Source: Thermofilum pendens Hrk 5
GTDB taxonomy: Archaea; Thermoproteota; Thermoprotei; Thermofilales; Thermofilaceae
Direction of reading: 5' to 3'
Length of the DNA stretch: 32,000 nucleotides
Assembly: GCF_000015225.1 (NCBI RefSeq)
Contig: NC_008698.1
Location: 270,001-302,000, forward strand
This document shows, piece by piece, positions 9,985 to 18,326 of the stretch. A model generated the notes under the pieces. The model ran no database searches, was not told the origin of the DNA, and saw only the letters and a program-made list of their open reading frames with translations. The position numbers and the translations under genes are program-made. Every line of letters starts with the position of its first letter. Position 1 is the first letter of the stretch.

Positions 9985-11193
9985 CTAAGGTTTGAGGAAC
10001 TCGTACATGAACTTTCGGAATGCCTCGATGTCTTCTACGTATACGTGCTCCCCCTCCGAGTGTATGTTTGTACCTTCGCGTATAGTGCCAAAAGCTACGA
10101 CGTCCATTCCATACTCGTCGAAAAACGTTCCATCGTTACCGCCAAGCTCCGCCGCTACCGGAACCTCGCGGCCCTTGCTTCTCCCAGCAGCCGTTAGCAC
10201 CTCCCGAACGAACGCCTCGTTCTTCGAATACCAGCCTTTCTGCTTCCCTATTATCTCTACCTCCAAGGACACTCCAAGCTTCATCGCGATGGACGAGAGC
10301 TTGGCGTAAAGCTCTCTCACAGCTTCCTCGACGTCCTCCTCCGGTAGGAGCCTCATGTCGAACCCGCACCACGCCTCGCCGGGAATCCTGTTGTGTTTTT
10401 CAGGCTCCGTGGGAGGCAACCTTAGTATATTGAAAGTAAGTCTTCCCCATACGTAGGGCACCGGGCTCCCGGGAGGCGACGGATACTTCGAGAGCCTTGC
10501 TCCTCGCACAGTCTTGAGCTCCATAAGCTCGCCCAGAACCCTCACGAGGTCCTCGACGGCGTTCCTAGCAACGTGGGGGTAGCCGGCGTGCCCCGATTTC
10601 CCCTTGACCTTTATCCACCCGTGCACAACGCCGCTCGCGCCTACCGAAACGTACTCTGACCCGCTATCCACTATGATCACGTAGTCCCACCGGTAGCCCT
10701 TCTCGAGAAGCCGCCTAATACCCGTTCCCCCCACTTCCTCGTCCCCTGTGACCACGACCACGGGGTTGTATCTCGGCTCAATGCCCGCCTCCCTGATGTC
10801 TACAAGCCCGGCGATCGTCGCGACTATCCCCGACTTGTCGTCTGCAGCCCCCCTTCCGTAGACCTTCCCGTCTAGAACCAGGGGGGAGTAGGGGTCCATA
10901 GTCCTTCCTTCAACTACCCAAGGACCCTTTGCTGGTACAACGTCGTAGTGCGTAACGAACGCGACCGATGGTTTGCCGGATGCCTTACCTGGAAGCGACG
11001 CAATAACTGTAGGGATCTCGCCTCCCTCGAGATCCACTTTTTCAACCCTCAAGCCATGAGTTTCGGCTAGGCGCGCAACGGCTTCAGCAGCTTCCCGGTA
11101 GTACCTCCTTACTATCCGGTTTCCTTCGTAGTAAACCTCGGAGGGAATCTTCACAAGTTCTACCAATGACTGTACAACGTCCACTGTCATCAA
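9985..11193 (-). CDS. M20-family metallohydrolase (ArgE/DapE/LysK-like deacylase)
   Basis: 402 aa. Metal-ligand blocks are THYDVVPA, GRGAADDKSGI and TGDEEVGGTG, followed by a dimerisation-domain-sized insert and a C-terminal ...HSEGEHV. Substrate cannot be assigned from sequence. Confidence 0.85.
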   Translation of the reverse strand: MMTVDVVQSLVELVKIPSEVYYEGNRIVRRYYREAAEAVARLAETHGLRVEKVDLEGGEIPTVIASLPGKASGKPSVAFVTHYDVVPAKGPWVVEGRTMDPYSPLVLDGKVYGRGAADDKSGIVATIAGLVDIREAGIEPRYNPVVVVTGDEEVGGTGIRRLLEKGYRWDYVIIVDSGSEYVSVGASGVVHGWIKVKGKSGHAGYPHVARNAVEDLVRVLGELMELKTVRGARLSKYPSPPGSPVPYVWGRLTFNILRLPPTEPEKHNRIPGEAWCGFDMRLLPEEDVEEAVRELYAKLSSIAMKLGVSLEVEIIGKQKGWYSKNEAFVREVLTAAGRSKGREVPVAAELGGNDGTFFDEYGMDVVAFGTIREGTNIHSEGEHVYVEDIEAFRKFMYEFLKP

Positions 11194-11249
11194 AGCTTAA
11201 AGGTCTCCGGGTAATAAAAAGCTATGTCACACATTACTCTCTATCAGAA

Positions 11250-12137
11250 TCAGATCATATCCTCTAGCAGCTCTCTTAGTCCTCTAACCACAGAGGGTGC
11301 TACGGAAATCTTCGAGACCGGTGAGGGAACGGTATCGGTGGCTACAACCTCCCGTACACCCGAGTAGTAGAGCAAGTCTAACGCTCCCTGAACCATTACC
11401 GCATGTGTACACACAGCTGTAACAGAGCTGGCACCCTGCGCTAACGCGCTTTTAGCTGCCAGCGCTATGGTTTTCCCCGTGCTTATAATATCGTCTACGA
11501 TGACAACGTCTCTTCCGTTCACTTCCAGGCTTTTCGGCTGGACACGCACTTCCCCCGTAACCCTGTCCCTCTCCTTAACCAGGTAGTCGAAATCCGCGCC
11601 TATAAGCTCGGCAACCCTCCGCGCCCTCTCAAGAGCACCCATGTCCGGAGCCAGTACGACCGCGTTTTTAACCTTGCCGTACAGGTACCCAGCTATGTCC
11701 TCGAAAGGTAACACGTTCTTAGATGGGATAGAAAGCCATTCCGACAAAACTCTGGGCTGGTGAACGTCCACCGCTAAGAGACCGGAGGCTCCCGCGGCTT
11801 CGAGAGCCTTTAAGACAACCTTTATGCTGATGGGTTCCCCTTCTAGGAAGCGTTTATCCTGTCTCGCGTACGCCAGGTACGGTACTACCGCTATGACGCT
11901 ACCCTGAGCGTAGCTGGAGAGAGCTTCAACGGTTAACAGCAACTCTAGAAGCCTCCTTTCCTGCGGGGGGTGTGTCGACGAGACGACTATGGCTACTCCG
12001 CTAGGCTTCGAGGGCACCCTTACGTAGATTTCTCCGTCGGGAAACACCTTTTTCTCAACGAAGACTAGCTCGTCCCCCAAGCCTCTCGCTACCTGTGCGG
12101 CAATACCGTTCGAGCTTTCCAGTGAGTATACCGTCAC
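11250..12137 (-). CDS. prs: Ribose-phosphate pyrophosphokinase (PRPP synthetase)
   Basis: Contains FPDGEIYVRV, VVPYLAYARQDKRF and the PRPP-binding loop VVIVDDIISTGKTI. I moved the start from the ORF-track 12230 to GTG 12137 (VTVYSLESS...), because a TATA-like AACTTTAAGT (12161-12170) sits about 29 nt upstream and the resulting length of about 295 aa is typical. Confidence 0.9.
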   Translation of the reverse strand: MTVYSLESSNGIAAQVARGLGDELVFVEKKVFPDGEIYVRVPSKPSGVAIVVSSTHPPQERRLLELLLTVEALSSYAQGSVIAVVPYLAYARQDKRFLEGEPISIKVVLKALEAAGASGLLAVDVHQPRVLSEWLSIPSKNVLPFEDIAGYLYGKVKNAVVLAPDMGALERARRVAELIGADFDYLVKERDRVTGEVRVQPKSLEVNGRDVVIVDDIISTGKTIALAAKSALAQGASSVTAVCTHAVMVQGALDLLYYSGVREVVATDTVPSPVSKISVAPSVVRGLRELLEDMI

Positions 12138-12160
12138 GCTAAGATAAGGAATTTTTGAGA

Positions 12161-12170
12161 ACTTAAAGTT
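12161..12170 (-). promoter_or_regulatory. TATA-like box for prs
   Basis: The minus strand reads AACTTTAAGT about 29 nt upstream of GTG 12137. It lies inside the longer ORF-track prediction, which argues for the shorter gene model. Confidence 0.45.
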
Positions 12171-12268
12171 ATCAGCCTGCGCGCACGAGTGAAGGCAGGG
12201 TATGCTTCTCAGAAAATTCCCCCTGCACACACGGCTTAGCTTCTGCCAACGTCGTGCAATAACGCGTG

Positions 12269-14536
12269 CTAAACGTAGTCTACGAGGTAGGCGTAGTAGA
12301 TCTGCCCCGCGGATATCCCGTTGTCTCCCGGGGGGAGCTTTCTTGGGATATACACGTTCTCGCCTCCGAGAACGGACTTTATTCCCTTGATTATTACGGT
12401 GTTTACAGCGGAGCCTCCCGCAACGTATACTTTGCGCGCCCCGCTCTCCAAGGCTATCTCCGCGAGCCTTCTGCCTAGCAGGAACTGAACGGTATAGGCG
12501 AGGTCTCTCGGGTGTCCCTTCACCTCTCCGGTTAGAAGTCTTGCTAGAAAGTCCTTTGTAAGGACGACTCCCTCTTCGCGTTCAAGTAAAGAGTCGCCGA
12601 TTAGAGAGCCGCCCCAGCTGTACTCTTCGAGCGTTATCGCCGGTTCACCCTCGTAGCTTCTCTCCCAGGAAACCTTCAATGCCGCCGCGACGGCGTCTAG
12701 AAACCTCCCAGCGCTCGAAGCTTTAGGCGCAGAGCCGAGCTGCTTTAAGGTTAGTAAGAGCTCCTGGCGTCCTCCGGGAAGGAGGTTCTCCAGGCCGTTA
12801 GCCTCCGCGATTTTTGCCGCCTCTTCGCAACCGAATACTTCCCCTGCGACGCCGACCAGTATTCGGGCAGGGTAGTAGGTAGCCCTGTCGCCCCCTGGTA
12901 GCGGTACGTAGTCTAGGTGTCCTAGCCGCTCGTAGCCCTCTCTGCCTACTCGGAGCACCTCCCCACCCCACGCCTGGCCGTCGTCCCCGTACCCGACACC
13001 GTCTATGGCTATCCCTACTGCGTCCTCCTCCCACGCTTCGAGCATCGCCGCCGCCACGTGGGCTACGTGGTGTTGAACCTCTACGAGTTCTCTCGAGCAC
13101 TTCGCGCTAAGCTCCTCCGCCACCCTCCTTGATAGGTAGTAGGGATGCTTGTCCACTATCGGAACTGCATCGCAGTCCGACACCCCGTACGTTCTCTTCA
13201 AGAACTCCAGCGCTTCGATTAGAAAGTTGTAAGTCTCCAGGTTTTCGAGGTCCCCTATGTGTTGCGTCGTGATAACGTATTTCTCTACCGCGATGCTACC
13301 GGTGTTCATTAGGAAGGCTCCCGTGGAGAGAGCCGGCACTCGGACGGGCCTGGGAAGTGGGAGCCACTTGGGAGCGTAGCCGCGGCTCCTACGTATCAGA
13401 ACGGTTTCGCCGTCCGTGAATCGAACAACGCTGTCGTCGACCCTGTTTACTATTCTCCTGTTATGCATTAGGAAGTAGTCGGCTATCCCCGACAGCTTAC
13501 GCAGAGCCTCCTCGTTGTCCTTTATTATCGGCTCCCCGCTCTCGTTCCCACTAGTCATGACCAGGTACTTGTCGCGCGTAGCCGAGAGCAACAAGTAGTG
13601 CAACGCGCTGTAAGCCAGCATAACCCCTACCGTTCTAAGACCCGGGGCTACAAGCTCCGAAAGAGAGCCGGGAACCCGGGGAAGGATTAGTATAGGCCTA
13701 GCGGGGCTCGAGAGTATGCTCTTCGCATTCTCGTCGAGCACTGCTATCCTCTCTGCAACCTTGAGGTCTAGCGCCATCACCGCGAAAGGCTTCCTGGGCC
13801 TCTTCTTACGGTCCCTCAGCCTCCTCAACACGTCGTCGTCCGTCGCCAGGCACGCCAGGTGAAAACCCCCTATCCCCTTTACGGCCACTATGCTTCCCTC
13901 GTCTATCAGCCGCGCGGCCTCAACTATGGGGTCCTTCACGTTTACGGGAGACCCCCTGCCGTCCACGAGGTATACCTGGGGCCCGCAGTTCGGGCACGAG
14001 ATCCCTTGAATATGGAACCTCCTGATATTCCCCGGGTCGCCGTACTCCTCTAGGCAGTCAGGACATAGTGGGAAGTGCCGCATAGAGGTGTTCTCCCTAT
14101 CGTAGGGTATCCTCTCTATCACCGAGAACCTGGGACCGCACCAGGCACAGCTGTGGAAGGGGTACCTGTACCACCTCGAGGATGGATCGAGGACTTCTCG
14201 GAGACAGTCGTCGCAGATACCGAAGTCTGGGGGGATCATGGATACCTTGGTTATATTTGTCCCGCTTCTCAGAATGGCGAAGTCGCTGAAGCCCGAGGGC
14301 TCCACTTCTTCAACTACGACCTCGTCCAGCTCGGCAGAGCGGGGGGTCTTCAGCTTTAAATCTTCGAGAAAACTCCTCAGAAGGGTTTCCTCGCCCTCTA
14401 CCCAGATCTCGACCTCCGAGCCTCCCAGGTTTTGCACGTACCCCCTGAGACCGTACTTCTTCGCCAGTCTGTAAACGTGGGGCCGGAAGCCGACGCCCTG
14501 AACTACGCCCGTTACGCGTATCCTCCAAGCACGCAT
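12269..14536 (-). CDS. hypF: [NiFe]-hydrogenase maturation carbamoyltransferase HypF
   Basis: 755 aa. It has an N-terminal acylphosphatase domain (RIRVTGVVQGVGFRPHVYRLA), two zinc-finger CxxC pairs (CDDC...CAWCGPRF; CPDC...CPNCGPQ), a YrdC-like domain (VAVKGIGGFHLAC) and a Kae1-like C-terminal domain. Confidence 0.95.
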   Translation of the reverse strand: MRAWRIRVTGVVQGVGFRPHVYRLAKKYGLRGYVQNLGGSEVEIWVEGEETLLRSFLEDLKLKTPRSAELDEVVVEEVEPSGFSDFAILRSGTNITKVSMIPPDFGICDDCLREVLDPSSRWYRYPFHSCAWCGPRFSVIERIPYDRENTSMRHFPLCPDCLEEYGDPGNIRRFHIQGISCPNCGPQVYLVDGRGSPVNVKDPIVEAARLIDEGSIVAVKGIGGFHLACLATDDDVLRRLRDRKKRPRKPFAVMALDLKVAERIAVLDENAKSILSSPARPILILPRVPGSLSELVAPGLRTVGVMLAYSALHYLLLSATRDKYLVMTSGNESGEPIIKDNEEALRKLSGIADYFLMHNRRIVNRVDDSVVRFTDGETVLIRRSRGYAPKWLPLPRPVRVPALSTGAFLMNTGSIAVEKYVITTQHIGDLENLETYNFLIEALEFLKRTYGVSDCDAVPIVDKHPYYLSRRVAEELSAKCSRELVEVQHHVAHVAAAMLEAWEEDAVGIAIDGVGYGDDGQAWGGEVLRVGREGYERLGHLDYVPLPGGDRATYYPARILVGVAGEVFGCEEAAKIAEANGLENLLPGGRQELLLTLKQLGSAPKASSAGRFLDAVAAALKVSWERSYEGEPAITLEEYSWGGSLIGDSLLEREEGVVLTKDFLARLLTGEVKGHPRDLAYTVQFLLGRRLAEIALESGARKVYVAGGSAVNTVIIKGIKSVLGGENVYIPRKLPPGDNGISAGQIYYAYLVDYV

Positions 14537-14592
14537 TCTCCCTCTTCTAGGAAAAGCAAAGCTGATATCCTTTTCGATCCTCTCGAAAAACC

Positions 14593-15843
14593 GTGCAAAG
14601 CCTGGACTACGAGTACGCGTATAGAATGGCAGTTCTCATCTCCGAGAGGCCCCGCTTCACGGGAACGGAGGGAGAGAGGACAGCCAGGGAGGCTATCAAG
14701 GAGGAGCTCGAGAAGCATGGGTACAGCGTGAGCCTAGAGAAATTCTCCACGAAGACATACGAGGTCGTCGAGTCGGAACTCGTGATAACAGAGCCGTATC
14801 TCGGAAGGGTAGAGGCGTCCGCGCTGGGATTCAGCGGGGAGACCCCCGCTGAGGGCGTTGAGGGGGAACTCGTATACCTGGAGAACACGGACCCGGTGCT
14901 CATACCGGAGGAGGACGGCTGGATAGGAATAGTCGTTCAGAGACCCTCGAAGGAGGGCTGGCAGAGACTTGTGAAGAAGGCTGGTGGACTCGTAATAGCC
15001 GAGAGTACTCCTTACAGGGGGCTGAGCAGGGTCGCCGTTCCTTACGAGTGGAGGGAGAAGATAGGCTCTCTTCCCAGCGTCTACGTGAAGTACCGGGACG
15101 CGGTGAGGATGCTGACAGCGAGGAGAGCTAGGCTAAAACTGACACAAGTCTACAGGGACGTGGACACGTACAACATTATAGCCGAGGTCAAGGGGTACAA
15201 GTACCCAGACGAAATAGTCTACCTTACGGCGCACTACGACAGCGTGATGGGGGTCCCTGGGGCGACGGATAACGCCGGTGGCACAGCGTTGCTCCTTGCA
15301 CTAGCTAAAGCTCTCGCAGGCTTCAAGCCTAAGAGAACTGTGCGTTTCGCGTTCTTCGCGGCGGAGGAGCTCGGGCTACGCGGCTCCCTCTTTCACGTCG
15401 GCTCGTTGAACGAAGAGGAGAAGAAAAAGATCAAAGTGGTGGTCAACCTCGACGTACACGGCGGAGCCCTTGGAAGCAGCGCCGCCGTCATCAGTGGACC
15501 TAAGAGCCTTAGGTACTTCGCCGAGATACACGCTAAGAAGCTAGGCGTGAACCTGAGCATATCCGAGGATATCATGAGCAGCGATGGTACTTCCTTCGTA
15601 AAGCACGGCATCCCCGCCGTTAACCTCTATAGATCCAGCGGTAGCGGGGCAGACATACACACAGAGAGCGACTCCCCGGAGCACCTACACCCGTTGGCCT
15701 TCAAGGTGATAGGGCACTACGCGCTCCACCTGGTCACGGAACTGCTGTCCGCCGAAGAAATACCGTTTGAGCGCGAAATACCCGAAGAGATAAAGAAGAA
15801 GGCCGAGGAATACTTCGCCAAGAGACTGGGGGTTGACGGCTAG
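14593..15843 (+). CDS. M28-family aminopeptidase with protease-associated (PA) domain insert
   Basis: 416 aa. Contains RFTGTEGE...LTAHYDSVMGVPGATDNAGGTALLLALAKAL...FFAAEELGLRGS...NLDVHG..., the M28 zinc-ligand blocks. GTG 14593 or ATG 14626 as start. Confidence 0.85.
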   Translation: MQSLDYEYAYRMAVLISERPRFTGTEGERTAREAIKEELEKHGYSVSLEKFSTKTYEVVESELVITEPYLGRVEASALGFSGETPAEGVEGELVYLENTDPVLIPEEDGWIGIVVQRPSKEGWQRLVKKAGGLVIAESTPYRGLSRVAVPYEWREKIGSLPSVYVKYRDAVRMLTARRARLKLTQVYRDVDTYNIIAEVKGYKYPDEIVYLTAHYDSVMGVPGATDNAGGTALLLALAKALAGFKPKRTVRFAFFAAEELGLRGSLFHVGSLNEEEKKKIKVVVNLDVHGGALGSSAAVISGPKSLRYFAEIHAKKLGVNLSISEDIMSSDGTSFVKHGIPAVNLYRSSGSGADIHTESDSPEHLHPLAFKVIGHYALHLVTELLSAEEIPFEREIPEEIKKKAEEYFAKRLGVDG

Positions 15844-15852
15844 CGTGCAGCA

Positions 15853-17307
15853 CTACCCGGAGCTCTCCCGAGCGAGGCGTGAGAACCTCCTTAATCCTCC
15901 CTTTAGGCTCCACGCGTTAAACCCGGCTTTTCTCAGCATGTATGCGGCTTCGCGGCTTAACCCTCCCTCGTCGCATACAAAGACGTAGGTCTTGCTCTTA
16001 TCGAGCCTTTCGAGGAAGAGGGGTAGCTCGGTAAACTCTATGTGGAGACTCCCCGGTATGTGCCCCTCTTCGTACTTCTCCTTCGGGCGCACGTCGACTA
16101 TAATGCTCCCCTCGGGCGGGGCATCCACGTCTACCTCTATGAGGGGGCTCGGCGTCGCTGAGCGAAGGTCTATCTCCTCCACCGTGGATAGAACCCTCCC
16201 CAGGATCGCCGGGTCTAGTTTGCTCTCCTCTCTTTCTACCTCTTCCAGCCTGGACCTCGTCTTGGGATGCACGGAGAACACTCCACAGACTTCCTTTACC
16301 TTCGAGCTCTCCTCGTAGGTCCCTATCTCCTTGGACTTGGAGATTATCTCCTCCTTGTCGAAGCCTATGAGGGGCCTGTAAATGGGCATGGAGGTGGCTT
16401 GGGAGGCTACGTAGAGGTTTTCGAGTGTCTGAGAGGAGACCTGTCCAAGGCTCTCCCCTGTGACTATCCCTATCGCCCCGATCCTACCTGCAATCGCCTC
16501 TGCAACCCTGTACATGTACCTTTTTAGAACTACCCCGAAAAGCTCAGGGGCGACTTTCGCCCTAAGCTCTCTAAGCAACGGGGAGAAGTCGGCGACGTAG
16601 AGCCTCGGTTTATAGCCGTAGCTCCAGGAATCTGCCAGCTTCTTCGCAACGGAGAGTACAAGGCTCTTGGTTAGGTCCCCCGCCATGTTGCAGTACAGGT
16701 AGTGTACCTCCGCGCCTCTCTTGAGCATGTACCACGCGGCTACCGCAGAGTCGTAGCCACCGGATATCAACGCTAGTACTTTACCTTCACTACCCACGGG
16801 GAGGCCTCCATACCCCCTTACGACGTCGGTGTAGAAGTAGGCCCTGCTCCCTCTAACCTCTATGAAAACCTGAACCTCTGGGTTCGACAGATCGACGCCG
16901 CTCGAGCAGGGGTAAAGCTTCTCGCCAACCTTTCTCGCAACGTCCATCGAAGTAAAGGGGTGGTCTCCAGTCCTCCTGGCTCTTACCGCGAAGGTTTTAC
17001 CTTTCAGCTTATCGCAGTAAAGGTTGTAAACCGTGCTCGCGATATCGTCCAAAGCCTTGAACTCGTACTCAAGAGCCATCGAGAAGGACGTTATCCCGAA
17101 CACCCTCCTTAGAACACCGGCGAAGCTACTCGGCGCGTAAACGTAGATCCTCCCGTACTCCCTCCTCACTTCTCCGCTCACACCGGAGGAGCTAAGCGCG
17201 TCGCGGATATTCTCCAGCAACCTCTTTTCGAAACGCTCCCTGGACTTCTTACTCTTCACTGTGATCTCTCCCAGCCGCACCACAAAGACTTCTCGAAGCC
17301 CCTCCAT
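15853..17307 (-). CDS. thiI: tRNA 4-thiouridine sulfurtransferase ThiI (ferredoxin-like/THUMP, PP-loop ATPase and C-terminal rhodanese)
   Basis: 484 aa. It has a THUMP-region N-terminus, the PP-loop LISGGYDSAVAAW and a C-terminal rhodanese-like domain with an active-site-like loop VFVCDEGGLSR. SD-like GAGGTGTGAGGAG lies directly before ATG 17307. Confidence 0.9.
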   Translation of the reverse strand: MEGLREVFVVRLGEITVKSKKSRERFEKRLLENIRDALSSSGVSGEVRREYGRIYVYAPSSFAGVLRRVFGITSFSMALEYEFKALDDIASTVYNLYCDKLKGKTFAVRARRTGDHPFTSMDVARKVGEKLYPCSSGVDLSNPEVQVFIEVRGSRAYFYTDVVRGYGGLPVGSEGKVLALISGGYDSAVAAWYMLKRGAEVHYLYCNMAGDLTKSLVLSVAKKLADSWSYGYKPRLYVADFSPLLRELRAKVAPELFGVVLKRYMYRVAEAIAGRIGAIGIVTGESLGQVSSQTLENLYVASQATSMPIYRPLIGFDKEEIISKSKEIGTYEESSKVKEVCGVFSVHPKTRSRLEEVEREESKLDPAILGRVLSTVEEIDLRSATPSPLIEVDVDAPPEGSIIVDVRPKEKYEEGHIPGSLHIEFTELPLFLERLDKSKTYVFVCDEGGLSREAAYMLRKAGFNAWSLKGGLRRFSRLARESSG

Positions 17308-17388
17308 CTCCTCACACCTCTGCTGAAAAGTCGTACGCGATATTTATTCAATGCTTTGCATACAGCATGTAAAGCCGCGAGCATCACG

Positions 17389-17396
17389 TTTTTTAA
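17389..17396 (+). promoter_or_regulatory. T/A-rich TATA-like box inside a short inverted repeat, upstream of the 50-aa mini-ORF
   Basis: CACGTTTTTTAACGTG (17385-17400) is an inverted repeat (CACGTT/AACGTG). TTTTTTAA is centred about 28 nt upstream of ATG 17420. Confidence 0.35.
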
Positions 17397-17419
17397 CGTG
17401 GAAGGGGTAAGAACGATGT

Positions 17420-17572
17420 ATGTCCGAGATAGTGTTAGGCACCCTTGACTTCGTGCTACTACTGCTCGGCACAGCCCTCTTCATCCTCTTGATAGTCATT
17501 GTCGCAATCGAGTACCACAATTGGAGAACGAGGAGACAACTCAGGAAGATAGTGGCCCCTGCCCGCGCGTGA
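17420..17572 (+). CDS. Unannotated 50-aa single-pass membrane mini-protein (hypothetical)
   Basis: Hand translation gives MSEIVLGTLDFVLLLLGTALFILLIVIVAIEYHNWRTRRQLRKIVAPARA, with TGA at 17570-17572. It has a hydrophobic span of about 20 residues followed by a basic cluster (positive-inside-like). It falls below the ORF-track size cut-off and occupies an otherwise empty 390-bp gap. Confidence 0.4.
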   Translation: MSEIVLGTLDFVLLLLGTALFILLIVIVAIEYHNWRTRRQLRKIVAPARA

Positions 17573-17697
17573 GGTTGAACGCGCGGAGAAGACCGGGGCT
17601 CAGCGAAAAGCTAAAGTGTGCACGAAAAGCCATTACTCTGACAATGACGACTTGAACCCGAACTGAAAAGCATGAGGAAGGCCGTCGCTACTGAGTC

Positions 17698-17955
17698 TCA
17701 GACTATCTTCACCTTTGTACCAACGGCTTGGCCTGGCAAGTGCCTCTTAAAGTACGCTAAAACGTGCCCCCTCCTCCCGTGCATCCTCACAATCTTACCC
17801 ACGAATTTTTCGCCTGTTTCGGGGTGTACCCAGAGAACTTTTCTTCCTATTACTTTGACCGCATCTTTATACGTCACACCATCTAGAGACAGTATTACCT
17901 GCCGCGGGTAGTACTTGTTCATTCCGCGCCGGAAGGATACTATCCATCCTTCCAT
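17698..17955 (-). CDS. rpl35ae: 50S ribosomal protein L35Ae (eL33)
   Basis: 85 aa. Contains GWIVSFRRGMNKYYPRQVILSLDGV...GRKVLWVHPETGEKFVGKIVRMHGRRGHVLAYFKRHLPGQAVGTKV, the canonical L35Ae pattern. Confidence 0.92.
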   Translation of the reverse strand: MEGWIVSFRRGMNKYYPRQVILSLDGVTYKDAVKVIGRKVLWVHPETGEKFVGKIVRMHGRRGHVLAYFKRHLPGQAVGTKVKIV

Positions 17956-17993
17956 GCGCGATCACCCGCGCATACGAGAAGATACGTCACAGG

Positions 17994-18003
17994 CTATATA
18001 AAG
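17994..18003 (-). promoter_or_regulatory. TATA-like box for rpl35ae
   Basis: The minus strand reads CTTTATATAG about 43 nt upstream of ATG 17955. GGGTGAT (SD-like) lies in the predicted short leader. Confidence 0.45.
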
Positions 18004-18039
18004 CTCACGCGCGGGAATACTCGGAGCGGAGCATCCCCT

Positions 18040-18300
18040 CTATTTTCTCTGAGCTATGCGCGACCCGGAGCATATCTCGGGGCATCTGTCCGATAAATCG
18101 TTGCAGATGGACTCGCAGACCGCTTTGCTGTCCTCGCAGATAGACTCGCATTGCTCGGAGAAGGCTCCTTGAGCCTCTGCGCACTCTTCGAGACAATCCG
18201 CGGCTGCCTCCTGACAACGCCTTGAACACTCATCGACGAAATCCATACACGCGGATATGCACTCGTCCTCGGACTTTTCCTTGGGAGCCTTCACAAGCAA
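18040..18300 (-). CDS. Acidic Cys-rich mini-protein with six CX3C motifs (predicted helical hairpin; possible metal-thiolate or disulfide-stapled protein)
   Basis: 86 aa with 12 Cys at residues 14/18, 25/29, 36/40, 51/55, 62/66 and 73/77, so CX3C pairs recur every 11 residues in two blocks separated by AEAQGAF. A 33-nt DNA periodicity is visible (gcagatggactcgca at 18103-18117 versus gcagatagactcgca at 18136-18150). TATA-like AATAATATATAG sits 22-28 nt upstream of the TTG 18300 / GTG 18294 start. Confidence 0.65.
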   Translation of the reverse strand: MLVKAPKEKSEDECISACMDFVDECSRRCQEAAADCLEECAEAQGAFSEQCESICEDSKAVCESICNDLSDRCPEICSGSRIAQRK

Positions 18301-18314
18301 AACCCTAAAAACGG

Positions 18315-18326
18315 CTATATATTATT
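18315..18326 (-). promoter_or_regulatory. TATA box for the CX3C mini-protein gene
   Basis: The minus strand reads AATAATATATAG, centred about 26 nt upstream of GTG 18294 and about 20 nt upstream of TTG 18300. This geometry is consistent with a leaderless transcript. Confidence 0.5.

Noticed and set aside
12798-13100. 100-aa Arg/Gly-rich ORF and several other 60-100 aa ORFs within hypF.
   Set aside because: They are alternative-frame or antisense shadows of a 755-aa gene with unambiguous HypF domains, and their composition (RGGGR repeats) is typical of frame-shifted GC-rich coding sequence.
18005-18229. 74-aa alternative-frame ORF overlapping the CX3C mini-protein gene.
   Set aside because: It has an Arg/Ser/Leu-rich, off-frame-like composition and lacks the strict 11-residue Cys periodicity and the TATA-to-start spacing that support the 18040-18300 frame.
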